This document shows positions 24,386-36,695 of a DNA stretch of 64,000 nt, piece after piece (within the stretch, counting starts at the first letter, position 1; each line of letters begins with the position of its first letter). Under the pieces are notes generated by a model. It did no database searches and was not told the DNA's origin. It worked only from the letters and a program-made list of their open reading frames with translations. This DNA comes from Octopus sinensis. Lineage: Eukaryota. The DNA is taken from positions 198,648,001 to 198,712,000 of the forward strand of contig NC_042998.1 in assembly GCF_006345805.1 (NCBI RefSeq), written 5' to 3'. The position numbers were made by a program, and so were the translations under genes.

Positions 24386-26240
24386 TTAAAAGAGGGTGTT
24401 AATAAAGACATTCTGATGGGACAAGACGTAAGTTTATGAAACAACTTTATAATTTACATTAGAATATAATACACCGTTGTGTCTTACAGGTCGAACCATT
24501 CTGAACGACATCAGAAATTTGACACTGTCGAGTGCTCCCAAAGAGTTTTGTTATGAACCAAATAATTCATCCTGGAATGATTGCATTTCCCTGTGGTTGT
24601 TTTAGGGGGTAAAGAAAATCAACAATATACAGACGGATAGGTATATAGGCTATAAGAACAAACACATATGGAGACACGGATCCACACATATAAAGATGCA
24701 CATCCATACATACAAACATGGTACATGGTTGCATAAGCACACACACACACAAGGAGACAGAGGTGCATACATATACAAACACATGCTTACACACACACAT
24801 ACATAGAAAATACACAAACACGGACATACAAGCACATAAATATGCAGGATATGTACATACAGATGCACACACATACATACATATATACATATGCATATAC
24901 ACACATACATACATATACATATATATACATATGCATACACACATACATACATACATATATATATACATATGCATACACACATACATACATACATACATGC
25001 ATGCACAGGCACACACACACACTGACCCACACACATGCACACAAACAAACAAAAGGGAACACAGTGTAAATAAGGGACAGTGTCAAAACTATTGAAAAGG
25101 TTGCAAGACGCAACGAAAATTTTAGGAAAATAAAAATAAGGGCGTAACTTCGGTATAGGTACCGGAAGTACCGGATACATTTCAAGAAAGTGGTTTTTAT
25201 ATATATATATATATATATATATAAGTGTGTGTGTGTATGTTTGTGTGTCTGTGTTTGTCCCCCTAGCATTGTTTGGCAACCGATGCTGGTGTGTTTATGT
25301 CCCCGTCACTTAGCGGTTCGGCAAAAGAGACCGATAGAATAAGTACTGGGCTTACAAAAAAATAAGTCCCGGGGTCGAGTTGCTCGATTGAAGGCGGTGC
25401 TCCAGCATGGCCGCAGTCAAAATGACTGAAACAAGGAAAAGAGAAAAGAGGGTGTTAATAAAGACATTCTGATGGGACAAGACGTAAGTTTATGAAACAA
25501 CTTTAAAATTTACATTAGAATATAATACACCGTTGTGTCTTACAGGTCGAACCATTCTGAACGACATCAGAAATTTGACACTGTCGAGTGCTCCCAAAGA
25601 GTTTTGTTATGAACCAAATAATTCATCCTGGAATGATTGCATTTCCCTGTTGGTTGTTTTAGGGGGTAAAGAAAATCAACAATATACAGACGGATAGGTA
25701 TATAGGCTATAAGAACAAACACATATGGAGACACGGATCCACACATATAAAGATGCACATCCATACATACAAACATGGTACATGGTTGCATAAGCACACA
25801 CACACACAAGGAGACAGAGGTGCATACATATACAAACACATGCTTACACACACACATACATAGAAAATACACAAACACGGACATACAAGCACATAAATAT
25901 GCAGGATATGTACATACAGATGCACACACATACATACATATATACATATGCATATACATACATACATACATATACATATATATACATATGCATACACACA
26001 TACATACATACATATATATATACATATGCATACACACATACATACATGCATGCACAGGCACGCACACTGACCCACACACATGCACACAAACAAACAAAAG
26101 GGAACACAGTGTAAATAAGGGACAGTGTCAAAACTATTGAAAAGGTTGCAAGACGCAACGAAAATTTTAGGAAAATAAAAATAAGGGCGTAACTTCGGTA
26201 TAGGTACCGGAAGTACCGGATACATTTCAAGAAAGTGGTT
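24150..26240. repeat. ~1.05-kb tandem duplication (two near-identical copies)
   Basis: AAGTGTGTGTG..GTCCCCCTAGC at 24167 and 25223; TTCAAGAAAGTGG at 25181 and 26226; only scattered differences. Confidence 0.9.
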
Positions 26241-26375
26241 TTTTATATATATATATATATGGGAGGATTAGGATTAGGATTAGAGTCAGGGGTGGGAGAA
26301 AAGGGTTTCTGTTATCTTCAGAAACGTAAACAAAGCCACATCCGGTACTTACGGTACCTATACCGAAGGATCACC
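26186..26375. mobile_element. MITE family 2 (Merlin-like): GG..CC ends, 8-bp TSD
   Basis: TIR core CTTCGGTATAGGTACCG(G/T)AAGTACCGGAT; AAAATAAG at 26178-26185 and 26376-26383; the empty site is visible at ~54650. Confidence 0.8.
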
Positions 26376-26780
26376 AAAATAAGAAAAGAGTGGAAATTTT
26401 ACCGGTGATTGTGTTACATAATAAGGCACAAAAAGAAGCTGACTCTCCCCAGACACAACAGAACATCAACAATGTGTTGCCAATTAAAGGTCTATAAATG
26501 CAGAGGCACAAATTTATTATTAGCGACACTTTCGCATTCTTTTTAGCAGTTCCCTGAACGCACTCAAAATGAAATAATGCGTATAAAAAAACTGTATGTA
26601 AATAAATGAGATTTTATTTAGATTCATTTCTTTCGCTTTATTTAATGACAAATTAGTTTCGTTATCCTTGAGTTTACCGTCAGAATTTTTTTTTTTTTTA
26701 ATCAAAATAGAAAATGGATAAAAAAAAAAAGAAAAGAAAAGCAGTCCCCTACACCGAACAGGTATGCAAAAATGAGTGTA

Positions 26781-28274
26781 GGACAAAAGCCCCCTAAGAC
26801 GTTAAAGTGTGAAAGTGGCCAAAAAAGACCCACGGTTATATTTTTCGATAATTTTTTTCGTTTTTTTCACCTTTGAAGAATTTTTAATTGAACGTATCAG
26901 CCCCAGAATTTCTATTTTTTTTTATTTTTACCTTTTTCACTTGTTACAGTTATTAGACTGCGGCCATGCTGGAGCATCACCTTGGAGTATTTTTAGTTGA
27001 ATGTAAAGACACCAGAATTTTTTTTAAAGGAATTTCAACCAGCGCTTGAAGTTAAGCTAAGAAATAACAGCCAAATCTCTTGAATTTTTTTTATAACCCC
27101 TTGTTTTTTTTTGTTTTTTTTTTTCTAAAAATCTTTTTACTTGTTTCACTCATTGGACTGCGGCCATGCTGGGGCACTAGCCTGAAGAATTTTGGTCGCA
27201 GAAAAATCAGCATTTTAAAATATATATTTAAAGTCTTTTATTTACTTCTCTCAGCACTTTCAGATTAGTGAGAATAAGTTGATCTTTTGAACTTTCTCCG
27301 ACCGTCGAAGGTCTAACAGAAGGCTAGTCATTCAAACGTACTTCTTGTCGCTTTTGTTAGAATTCAGACAATTTGTACATTGAGTACCAAAGAGTCTTGT
27401 GTTCTGTTATTCTATTTTTGATGTTAACGTTGATTTATTTTCATTTTCGAATTTCAAAATTATTCTAAAAACGCGGAAAATAACTGAAACACACGGAAAT
27501 TACCATTGTGAGGGACATAGATGTTTTGATACCCTTTTTCGATTCAATATATTTTGTTTACTTAAAAATTGGAATTTTGGAAAATAATTTTTTTTTTACA
27601 ACCGCAATTTCTGTTTTTGTTTACATGAAATTATAAGAAAAAATTTGTTAGATTTGGCTGTTATTTCTAGCATGTGGAGAGACCTTCGAGGCTTAACTTT
27701 ATGTGGTGGTTGGAAATCACTTTAAAAAGATTCTGGGATCGATACATTTTGCTAAAAATTCTTCAAGACAGTGCCCCAGCATGGCTGCAGTCCAGTGACT
27801 GAAACAAGTAAAAAGATGTTTAGAAAATAAAAAAAAAAAAACGAAGAATAATCAAAAAATACAACCGATAGTGGCGAGGGTGGGTGGGTGGGTTATAAAA
27901 CAGCTTCAATAGATTTGGTTGTTATTTCTAGCATGTCGAGAGACCTTCTAGGTTGAAAATCATCTAAAAGAGTTCTGGGGTCGATATAAATGAATAAAAA
28001 TTCCCGAAGGTGGTGCCCCAGCATGGCCGCAGTCCAATGACTGCAACAAGTAAAAAAGAAAAACAAAAATGAATTATATTACAGAAGTGGTTTTGATCAA
28101 GCTTTAAAAAACATTCTGGGTTCCATACAGCCGTCTAAAAATTCGAGGTGGTGCCCCAGCATGGCCGGCCGCTGTCTAATAACTGCAGCAAGCAGAAAAA
28201 AAAAAACTCTGGGGGTCGATACGTTCAACTAAAAATTCTAAAAACGAAAGATATAACCGTGGGGGCTTTTGTCC
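26781..28274. mobile_element. Composite TIR element with inverted SINE-derived internal pieces
   Basis: GGACAAAAGCCCCC..GGGGGCTTTTGTCC inverted ends; internal GCGGCCATGCTGG(A/G)GCAC pieces point inward from both halves; related copy at 36696-37606. Confidence 0.7.
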
Positions 28275-28494
28275 CTATCTCGTGTCGGAGGAGAGTAGGG
28301 AGGTTTGGCGTCTGTAGGGGGAGGGTGGAGAAAAGTGGGTGTGGGTGGTTGTTGGGTGGGCGTGAGATGGGAGTGGGTCTACATCTACATTATGTATTTT
28401 TTTCTCTTTCCGACCGTTTCCCATTCATTCCCTTCTTTGTTTGCTTCTTCTTCCATTTCTTTTGTTGGCACTGGTGGTGCGACTTCCTCCCTGC

Positions 28495-29060
28495 TTACGG
28501 GCTTTTCTCGGGGTTCTTGGGCAGCGGAGGACAATCCGCTCTAATGTGGCCTCTTAGGCCACACTTGTAGCAATGCGGGGTCCTGCCCTCCACTCTAACC
28601 CTGATCACCACGTCTTCTATACCGATCGTTTCTATTAAACTTTCGATATCTTCCGAGGTCCCCTGGATGATCATATCCAGGGTCTGCCTTTGCCAATTTT
28701 TATGAGCCGTTCTTGTGGCCTGGCGGACCACTATCTTCTCTTATTGCCTAGCCGTATAGCAGCTACTAGTCAGGCTACGTCAATCTCTGGTAGTACATGT
28801 TCTACCCTAACCCTGGAAGCACGTCTCCCAAGGTATATGAGCAGAAGTACCACTTCTGTTTTTAAAAGGGTTGCCGATTGTAACTGACAGCAGCTACTTC
28901 CCGGGAACGCACCTCCACCGTTCCGTACTTCCTTCCTCTGGCAAGGTACGAGATTTCTTGCCAGATTGGTTTCAAAGCTCTTTCAACTTGTGTAGTTGTC
29001 ATTATCTCAATCTTCTTTGTTTCCGTGGAGTATGTTCTACATAATATCGTTTTCTCTTTA
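28495..29060 (-). pseudogene. Degenerate ORF1/gag-like CCHC zinc-knuckle protein, copy A
   Basis: KTILCRTYSTETKKIEI..ARGRKYGTVEV..RVRVEHVLPEIDVA*LVAAI..VRVEGRTPHCYKCGLRGHIRADCP, with stops and frameshifts. Confidence 0.75.
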
Positions 29061-29399
29061 GTGTTTTACATACTTTCTTGCGGAGGGAACACCTTTACTT
29101 TGCATAGGTCTGGAACCAAAGTGATTCTTTATTTTGTCACTACGGCCACAACACAGAGGGGACAGCACCATGATAGACAGGACACTACAGTGGGGATATA
29201 AAACACAGAACGAACGAATGAAGGATGAATTATCATAATGGAAGTGAAATGGCTGCATGCTCTCCACTCGCAAGCAGTATCATTTTAAATGTTTTAGTTA
29301 AATGCTTTTATACCTTTTTCTTTTTTCTCTTTTTTTTTTCTCGTTTTGTCCCAGTTTTATAGTCATTAAAATTCCAAACATTTATTTACTTTTTTCCTT

Positions 29400-30925
29400 T
29401 GTTGTTCCTTTTTTTCCTCTTTTTGTTTTCATCATTTTACGTACGGTATTCGGTCCTCATCTGTTACAGGCGGCAAGTCATCAAACTCCACGCGTACTCC
29501 TGGGTACAAATAGCGAACAGTGGTCCCGGTGCGCGCACTCGCACATCCGCGCTAGCTAGTCGTAAGTAGTCAATCCTACAACGACTTGCGCGTATGTTTC
29601 TACTTCAAGGCAGAATCATTTTTTAAACTAAGTAAATAAATTATTTTTATAAACAAACTAAGGTTATGGTTAGGGTTAGGGTTAAAAAGTCATTGTAGGA
29701 TCGACTACTTACGACTAGCTAGCGCGGATGCACGCACCAGGACCACTAGTAGTACCTATTCCTGCTGGGTCTATCTTATTTCCAAATAATTCTCTCAATT
29801 TTGCACATCTCTCTTGGTCAATTACTATTGCCTTGGTGTTCTCTGGATAATATTCCGTTGTTAACTTCACTCTTACCACCGACTTCATTTTGGTTATTCT
29901 CTTTTCAATTTCCGTGTTTTTCGAATATGTCACCAAACGCCATTTCTTTTTTGGTTCTTGTTTTGTTACTTGTTCCTGTTTTTCCACCAAGTTTCTACGT
30001 TGCTTTCCTTTGTTTATGTTGTTAGAATATTCTGCTCTGTCTCTTCCTGTTTATTTTCTTTTATTTCTTTACTACCCACAAGGGGCTAAACACAGAGGGG
30101 ACAAACAAGGACAGACAAATGGATTAAGTCGATTATATCGACCCCAGTGCGTAACTGGTACTTATTTAATCGACCTTGAAAGGATGAAAGGCGAAGTCGA
30201 CCTCTACTGTATATTCCTCCTCCTTCTCTGAACACTTCTCACTCACTGGGGTCGCCATTTTGCATTTTTCTCCTGCTCGTCACCCTGTTGCTGCTGTTCC
30301 TGTTCACGTCATTCTGGGGACACCTTACTCTCATGTGTCCCCTTACTCCACACTGGTAACAAGTTGGAAGTCTTCCCTCCAACACTACTTTTAATCTCAC
30401 TTCCTCCGGCAGTATCACATCCTCCGCTATTTTGTGCAAGTCTTGCAAACTGACCTGGACCGCCACCTCGAGGTCGTTTCCCCCTCAGTTTACCTCTTTC
30501 GTTCTCTTTACTTTTAAAACTTTCGCCTCCTTCTCCATATTGTACATAATGGCTGCCACCAGCCACGCCTCCTCAGTCTCCTGGAGTACTCTGCCTATCC
30601 TTACTCTGGCCATTCGTTTGCCTCAGTAAGTCGGTAGAAGTACCCACTCCTTAGCCCCATAGTGGAGTGGTTTATCTCTTCTTGCTCGCTTGTGCCGTAT
30701 TTTTCCCCTGGTATAGAATGTTGTGAGGTTATTTACCTCCTTCAAACACTCTTCTATGGCTTCCACAGTAGCTATTTCAATTCTTTTCGTTGCCGTAGAC
30801 AGCGTTCTATATACTACTGTCCGCTTAGTTACGCTCGCTGTCAATTCTTGTGGCGGGGTCAACCTCAAACTGGTTCCCTTCTTTTCAATCAATCTGTTAA
30901 ATTCTTTTAGCTTCTTTTTCTCCAT
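29400..30925 (-). pseudogene. Degenerate ORF1/gag-like CCHC protein, copy B (interrupted by a SINE at ~30065-30205 and the MITE)
   Basis: KRTVVYRTLSTATKRIEI..RVRIGRVLQETEEAWLVAAI..VVLEGRLPTCYQCGVRGHMRVRCP; collinear with copy A. Continuation below ~30300 is less certain. Confidence 0.7.
29519..29747. mobile_element. Small MITE with ~60-bp TIRs and TTAGGG core
   Basis: CATCCGCGCTAGCTAGTCGTAAGTAGTC(A/G)ATCCTACAA inverted at both ends; internal GGTTAGGGTTAGGGTT; no clear TSD. Confidence 0.8.
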
Positions 30926-30929
30926 TTTC

Positions 30930-31400
30930 ACCTGGTTCTTTCAGTTTCATCCCCAAATTACCTTTTGTTTCTCAGTTGAACTAGCAGTATTTTGATGTCA
31001 CTAATCCATAATCTGCGTAGAGAGGTACTTTCTTTATTTGGGATAGACTTAGCGTTTGCAATTATCTGCTTATTCTGTTCCCTGGTGATAGTTTAGTCTA
31101 TCTGACTCGTTTGCTCCTCATATTCGAAGGTGATCAAACACCTAGCTTGTTGCCTGAAGTATTATAGATGCCGATGTCATTTGCATCACAGAACACCGGA
31201 AATCTTGATACCTTCTCATTTTTCGAATTATACTCATAGCCACCATGTATGTACTCCAGAGAAGCCATCATGGTGTTGTGTATTGAAATTGCCAGCTATT
31301 GCAATGAAGCTGCCATCATCTTTCACTCTGGTCGACTGCAAGAAGACCCCATTAAAGGTAGTCTGTTTCGTGTAACTCTTGCCACGGAGTGTTGAGACCA
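30930..31400 (-). mobile_element. RTE-type APE endonuclease fragment (decayed)
   Basis: IAIAGNFNTQH (GDFN motif), FCDANDIGIYNT and SQID*TITR..NAKSIP..RRLWISDIK across frameshifts. Confidence 0.7.
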
Positions 31401-31494
31401 GTATTTACAAGCCAAATAAATATTTGTCAGTTTTACACGTAACCTTACATTTTACTCGTGATTCAGCAACGTTGTTTATATTTAATGAAATTGG

Positions 31495-32065
31495 CAGCGA
31501 GCTGGCAGAAACGTTAGCACGCCGGGCGAAATGCTTAGCGGTATTTCGTCTGCCGTTACGTTCTGAGTTCAAATTCCGCTGAGGTCGACTTTCCCTTTCA
31601 TCCTCTCGGGGTCGATAAATTAAGTACTAGTTACGCACTGGGGTCGATGTAATCGACTTAATCCGTTTGTCTGTCCTTGTTTGTCCTCTCTGTGTTTAGC
31701 CCCTTGTGGGTAATAAAGAAATAGGTATTTCGTCTGCCGTTACGTTCTGAGTTCAAATTCCACCGAGGTCGACTTTGCCTTTCATCCTTTCGGGGTCGAT
31801 AAATTAAGTACCAGTTACGCACTTGGGTCGATATAATCGACTTAATCCGTTTGTCTGTCCCCTCTGTGTTTAGCTCCTTGTGGGTAATAAAGAAATAGGT
31901 ATTTCGTCTGCCGTTACGTTCTGAGTTCAAATTCCGCTGAGGTCGACTTTGCCTTTCATTCTTTCGGGGTCGATTAAACAAGTACCAGTTACGCACTTGG
32001 GTCGATATAATCGACTTAATCCGTTTGTCTGTCCCCTCTATGTTTAGCCCCTTGTGGGCAATAAA
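31495..32065 (+). mobile_element. SINE family A trimer
   Basis: Head at ~31497; AAAGAAATAG|GTATTTCGTC junctions at ~31725 and ~31898. Confidence 0.85.
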
Positions 32066-32921
32066 TATATATTTAATGAAATTCTTTTTATGGATAAGTT
32101 TCGAAGTAACGTGAGTTCTGATGGTTCAGTGAAGTACCATATACAAAATGTTAGAACTTATTTCTTCTTATGGCACATGAAGTCATTTTATGTTGTAAAT
32201 TTTATCAGTATTAAGTTTTGCCGGCAGAAATGAGAAAGATTCATCTTGGCAGTTAGTAGTGCTATATTAGAGTTATCTCCCTTAATACTCTCGTTGCATA
32301 AAACGGTTTTGCTCAAAAGATTTGCAAGACTTAAAAAAAACACGAACATTAGCGATAATATTCCATAAAATAATCCATTTTAAAATGTGTTAATTATATT
32401 TTAAACTTCTGATCTTTAAGCAATAGTAGCGAGTAGGGTCTCTCTTTTACGCGCATGCGCACGCACACACACAAACAAGCACAAACACGCTTTGTGGTTT
32501 AGAAGTTGGCTTTTGAACCACACGAATTCAAGTTCAGTCCCACTGTGTGTTACCTTGGGCAAGTGTCATGTGAATGAATCCAGAAGAAGAAAACCGCTTT
32601 TTTCACACATTCAAATTCTACAACAAATCCAAATGCCCAAACGATTGTATGGCCGTTTAGGCATTACCCCTAAGGTAACCCCAATAACCTTATAAATACC
32701 CCTTAGATAATCCTTATAACCTTATAAATCTACAATTTAACTCTTTATTCCTATCTAATTCCTCACTCATACTTGAATATCCCAACCATCTAATTATATT
32801 ATTTTAAAGATTAAAGCCAACTCTACTCATTCTTTCAAATATACATAATACTTCTCTAAATTATTCTACTTATTATTATACACACATATATACACATGTG
32901 TATATATATATATATATATAT

Positions 32922-34017
32922 CATCATCATCATCATCATCGTTTCACGTCTGCTTTCGATGCTAGCATGGCTTGGACAGTTCAACTGGGGTCCGGGAAGC
33001 CAGGAGGCTGCGCCAGGCCCAGTCAGATCTGGCAGTGTTTCTACAGCTGGATGCTCTTCCTAACGCCAACCACTCCGTGAGTGTAGTGGGTGCTTTTTAT
33101 GTGCCACCGACACAGGTGCCAGACGAGGCTGGCGAACGGCCACGCTCGGATGGTGTTTTTTACGTGCCACCAGCACGGAGGCCAGTCGATGCAGTACTGG
33201 CTACGGCCACGTTCGGATGGTTTTCTTATGTGCCACCGGCACTGGTACCACAAAACTACAAATTCCATTGATGTTCATCGATTTTGATTTGATTTGATTT
33301 TCACTTGCCTCAGCAGGTCTTCACAAGTAGAGTTATGTGTCCCAAGAAGGAAGGTATGCACAGGTGGACTGACTACGTCCCAGGTAGGGGCCATGGGTTA
33401 TGGCCTCACGTGTCCTGCCGGGTCTTCTCGCGCACAGCATACTTCCAAAGGTCTCGGTCTCTGGTCATTTCCTCGGTGAGACCTAAAGCGCGAAGGTCGT
33501 TCTTCAGTTACGTAATCATCACAACAAACATGAACAATCAACGTTGCCCATTGTCTCCCTTGATACAAGGACATTCAGTAAGTTTCCCGCCACAACAAAT
33601 ACCTTGTACAACAACGGCAGTCGAATAAAGTATCTCGTATCGTTAACACGTTTTATCAGTCTCTCTCATTTTCTTAATCTTTCATACTAAGTACTCACTA
33701 CTTCCTTTAATACTCAATACATTATATATATATAACAACAACATTCACCACCTCGTCCCAGGTTTTCCTGGGTCTACCTCTTCCACAGGTTCCCTCAACC
33801 GCTAGGGTGTGGCACTTTTTCACACAACTATCTTCATCCATTCTTACTACGTGTCCATACCAGCGTAGACGCCTCTCTTGCACACCACATCTGATGCTTC
33901 TTAGGTCCAACTTTTCTCTCAAGGCTCTTACACTCTGTCGAGTATGAACACTGACATTACACATCCAACGGAGCATAATGGCTTCATTTCTTGCGAGCTT
34001 ACGCATATCCTCAGCAG
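32922..34017 (-). mobile_element. 5'-truncated RTE LINE: ORF end plus complete 3'UTR, with an internal insertion
   Basis: AEDMRKLARNEAIMLRWMCN..RRLRWYGHV..GRGRPRKTWDEVV [insert] KNDLRALGLTEEMTRDRDLWKYAVREKTRQDT*, then 3'UTR, family C and the (ATG)n tail. Confidence 0.88.
33507..33743 (+). mobile_element. 237-bp insertion, possible solo LTR
   Basis: TTCA duplicated at 33503-33506 and 33744-33747; ends GTTAC..AACA; internal AATAAA. Confidence 0.4.
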
Positions 34018-34026
34018 ATATATATA

Positions 34027-34104
<78 letters not shown>

Positions 34105-34299
34105 TATATATATAATATATACAAGCTGAAAGCCAGGAAGAGATGATGAGCATTGATATGGCTACCTCTGCTGAAGAGAGTGTTACCGTTCATGGTCAAC
34201 ATAACCGACATTGTCGTCCTGGACAAAGCTCTATTGACTTTGATGAGTGGGAATAAAGCAGCTTCTTCTAGGTATTCAAAATACACACACGCGTGTGCA

Positions 34300-34365
<66 letters not shown>

Positions 34366-34913
34366 TATACATGTGTGTGTGTATACATGTTTCTTCCTAT
34401 ACAATGCCAGGTTCTCCAGCTTGTAAAGTTATGTTTTCAATAAATCAGAATGAAAACCCTTCCTGCTTTTTTTGTCAATGACAATATTTTCTTTATTAAT
34501 ATTGATTTGTGATTTAGACAAAAGGCCTTTATTTTTGAGGTCCAGTGATTAGTTGGTATCATTGCCTGCAATACTTAACTGGACCCTGGAATTATTAACG
34601 GTAAAGTAAATTTTGGCACGTTTAGAATCCAGTATGTAAAGAATTGGAACAACTATTGTAAAACATTTTTTATGACACTTTACGGATTCTGCCAGCTCAT
34701 TGTTGTTATGAACAATGATTTTCGCCAATAACCCTTTTTGATACAGGCACAAGGCCTGACATTTTGAGTGGGGAGCTAGTTGATTACATTGACCTCTGTG
34801 CTTAGCTGGTGCTTATTCCACCGATTCCTGAAAAATTTCGAATGTAAAGCAGGAAGAAATATTGCTAAATATTTTGTCCAGTGTGATAACGATTTTACCA
34901 GCTCACTACCTTA

Positions 34914-35307
34914 TCTCTCTCTATATAAAGCTGAAGTTGTCTGTGTATGGCAGGTTTGGTAGCCTTCAACTAACACTATCTTCTCCGAGACCCAACGGTG
35001 AAAGTTGACCAAAATTGAAAGTGTGATAGAAGAAGGCTTGCTCTTCCTTCCGTAGAAGAAAAAATTCAAATCGGACCATGTTATCACCAAAAATTATTTA
35101 CATAAAAAAGGTGCTTTTTTTCTATGAAAATTCCTATTTTTTACGATTTTTTTTACTGCTGTGTGGCCATTATTCGGTGTATTTCAACCAGAAAAATGTT
35201 CACTTAAAGAGAATAACAAGCTACATAATGCAAAAAGTTTTACTTTTCAAAAATTCCAATTCTAAAGGGTCGAAACAAACCCGACCAACGCCGGGCGAAA
35301 CTGCTAG
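34914..35307 (+). mobile_element. Non-autonomous Helitron-like element (family D)
   Basis: A|TCTCTCTCTATATAAAG start, CCCGACCAACGCCGGG hairpin, CTAG|T end; no TSD. Confidence 0.8.
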
Positions 35308-36302
35308 TTTTTGATAATAGTATGCTTTCGTGGTATGCGTACAATACGAAGGGAGATAACTCCGTTTAACTGTTTCAGTAAATTACATTTTCTGTTTACG
35401 TTTGTGTGTGTGTGTGTGCGCGCCCGCATTTCTTCAGTATAGCGAAGTCTTATTGTCAATACAGCAGAACCAAAATGGTTTGAGTCCAAATAGTTGTGCA
35501 GAGTGGCATGGTTTCGGTAAGCTGAATGAAGCCCATATTCTACAACAGATGATGGGAATACAACTTAGTAGAGCTTTCACCAGTCAGCTGATTTGAAGTG
35601 CTACGAAGTCTAAGAGATGATAGTAGTTTGCAGAGATGTGGTAGGTGTTCATGCTAAGCACTGGTGGTAAATTGGTTGAAGTAGCTGTATTTCGAGAAGG
35701 GGTGGATAGAGACTTTGCCAGCCCCTGTCAAGCTGTCCTCCATCCCATACCTATTTCTTTACTACCCACAAGGGGCTAAACACAGAGGGGACAAATGAGG
35801 ACAGACAAAGGGATTAAGTCGATTACATCGACCCCAGTGCGTAACTGGTACTTATTTAATTGACCCGCTAAATACTCGGTCCGACACCACGAGCGAACCG
35901 CCATAGCTTCACGTGACCAATCATTGTGAGGTTGCGGTGTGATATGGTTTTCTTGAATGTTCTTTTTGTCCTTTATAAAAAAAACCGCTAATGGCAGAGT
36001 GTTGAAGGTGGCTGAGCAACACACGTTACCTTTCTAACCATTGATATTAGCGCAGAATAACTCCAGGTTCTTGGACATGCCCAGTCTGAACATTCACATA
36101 ATATCTTCGGACTCATCACAGTTTCCCTCTCTATCCCAGTCGGCAATGATTTATATTGCTCGTTGTAAAGAACCTACACCAAATATCTTCTGTTTGGCAA
36201 TAAATATTATTGTTAAATGTTCGCGGGTTCGCTCCATTTGTTGTTTACGCAGCCAAAGAAATATATCGTCACTGCCCGGCTCAACTCGAGCAGCAACAAA
36301 CA

Positions 36303-36690
36303 GTGGAGGCGCAATGGCCCAATAGTTAGGGCAGCGGACTTGCGGTCGGAGGATCGTGGTTTCGATTCCCAGACCGGGCGTTGTGTGTGTTTATTGAGCG
36401 AAAACACCTAAAGCTCTACGAGGCTCCGGCAGGGGGTGGCGGTGACCCCTGTTGTACTCTTTCGCCCCAACTACTTTCTCTCACTCTTTCTTCCTGTTTT
36501 CTGTCCCTGATTTCCTACGCAACCGCTGAGCCTGGATGCGCATTAATTCATCCGGCGATGCTCTCGGTGTCGGGGGTTGACCTGCTGTCTCTTCTGCGGG
36601 TCTTACGAATAGCAAAGGACCACGTTTTGGACTTCTCCCACTAATAGGACGAAGACAGTTTCACTCAACAAACAAACAAGCAGCAACAAA
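36303..36690 (+). mobile_element. tRNA-derived SINE family E with (AAAC)n tail
   Basis: Head shared with 21392-21695; body matches 43485-43722 on the minus strand. Confidence 0.75.
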
Positions 36691-36695
36691 CGGGG

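Noticed and set aside
24567-26230. Long C/V/Y/M- and H/T/Y-rich ORFs (120-209 aa)
   Set aside because: Translations of (CA)/(TA)/(CATA) microsatellites; the same applies at 33722-34443, 57720-58130 and 60274-60616.
36303-36380. tRNA gene-like sequence (also 21620-21695 and the family A/B heads)
   Set aside because: A/B boxes are present but the acceptor stem does not pair, and each continues into a repeated SINE body.
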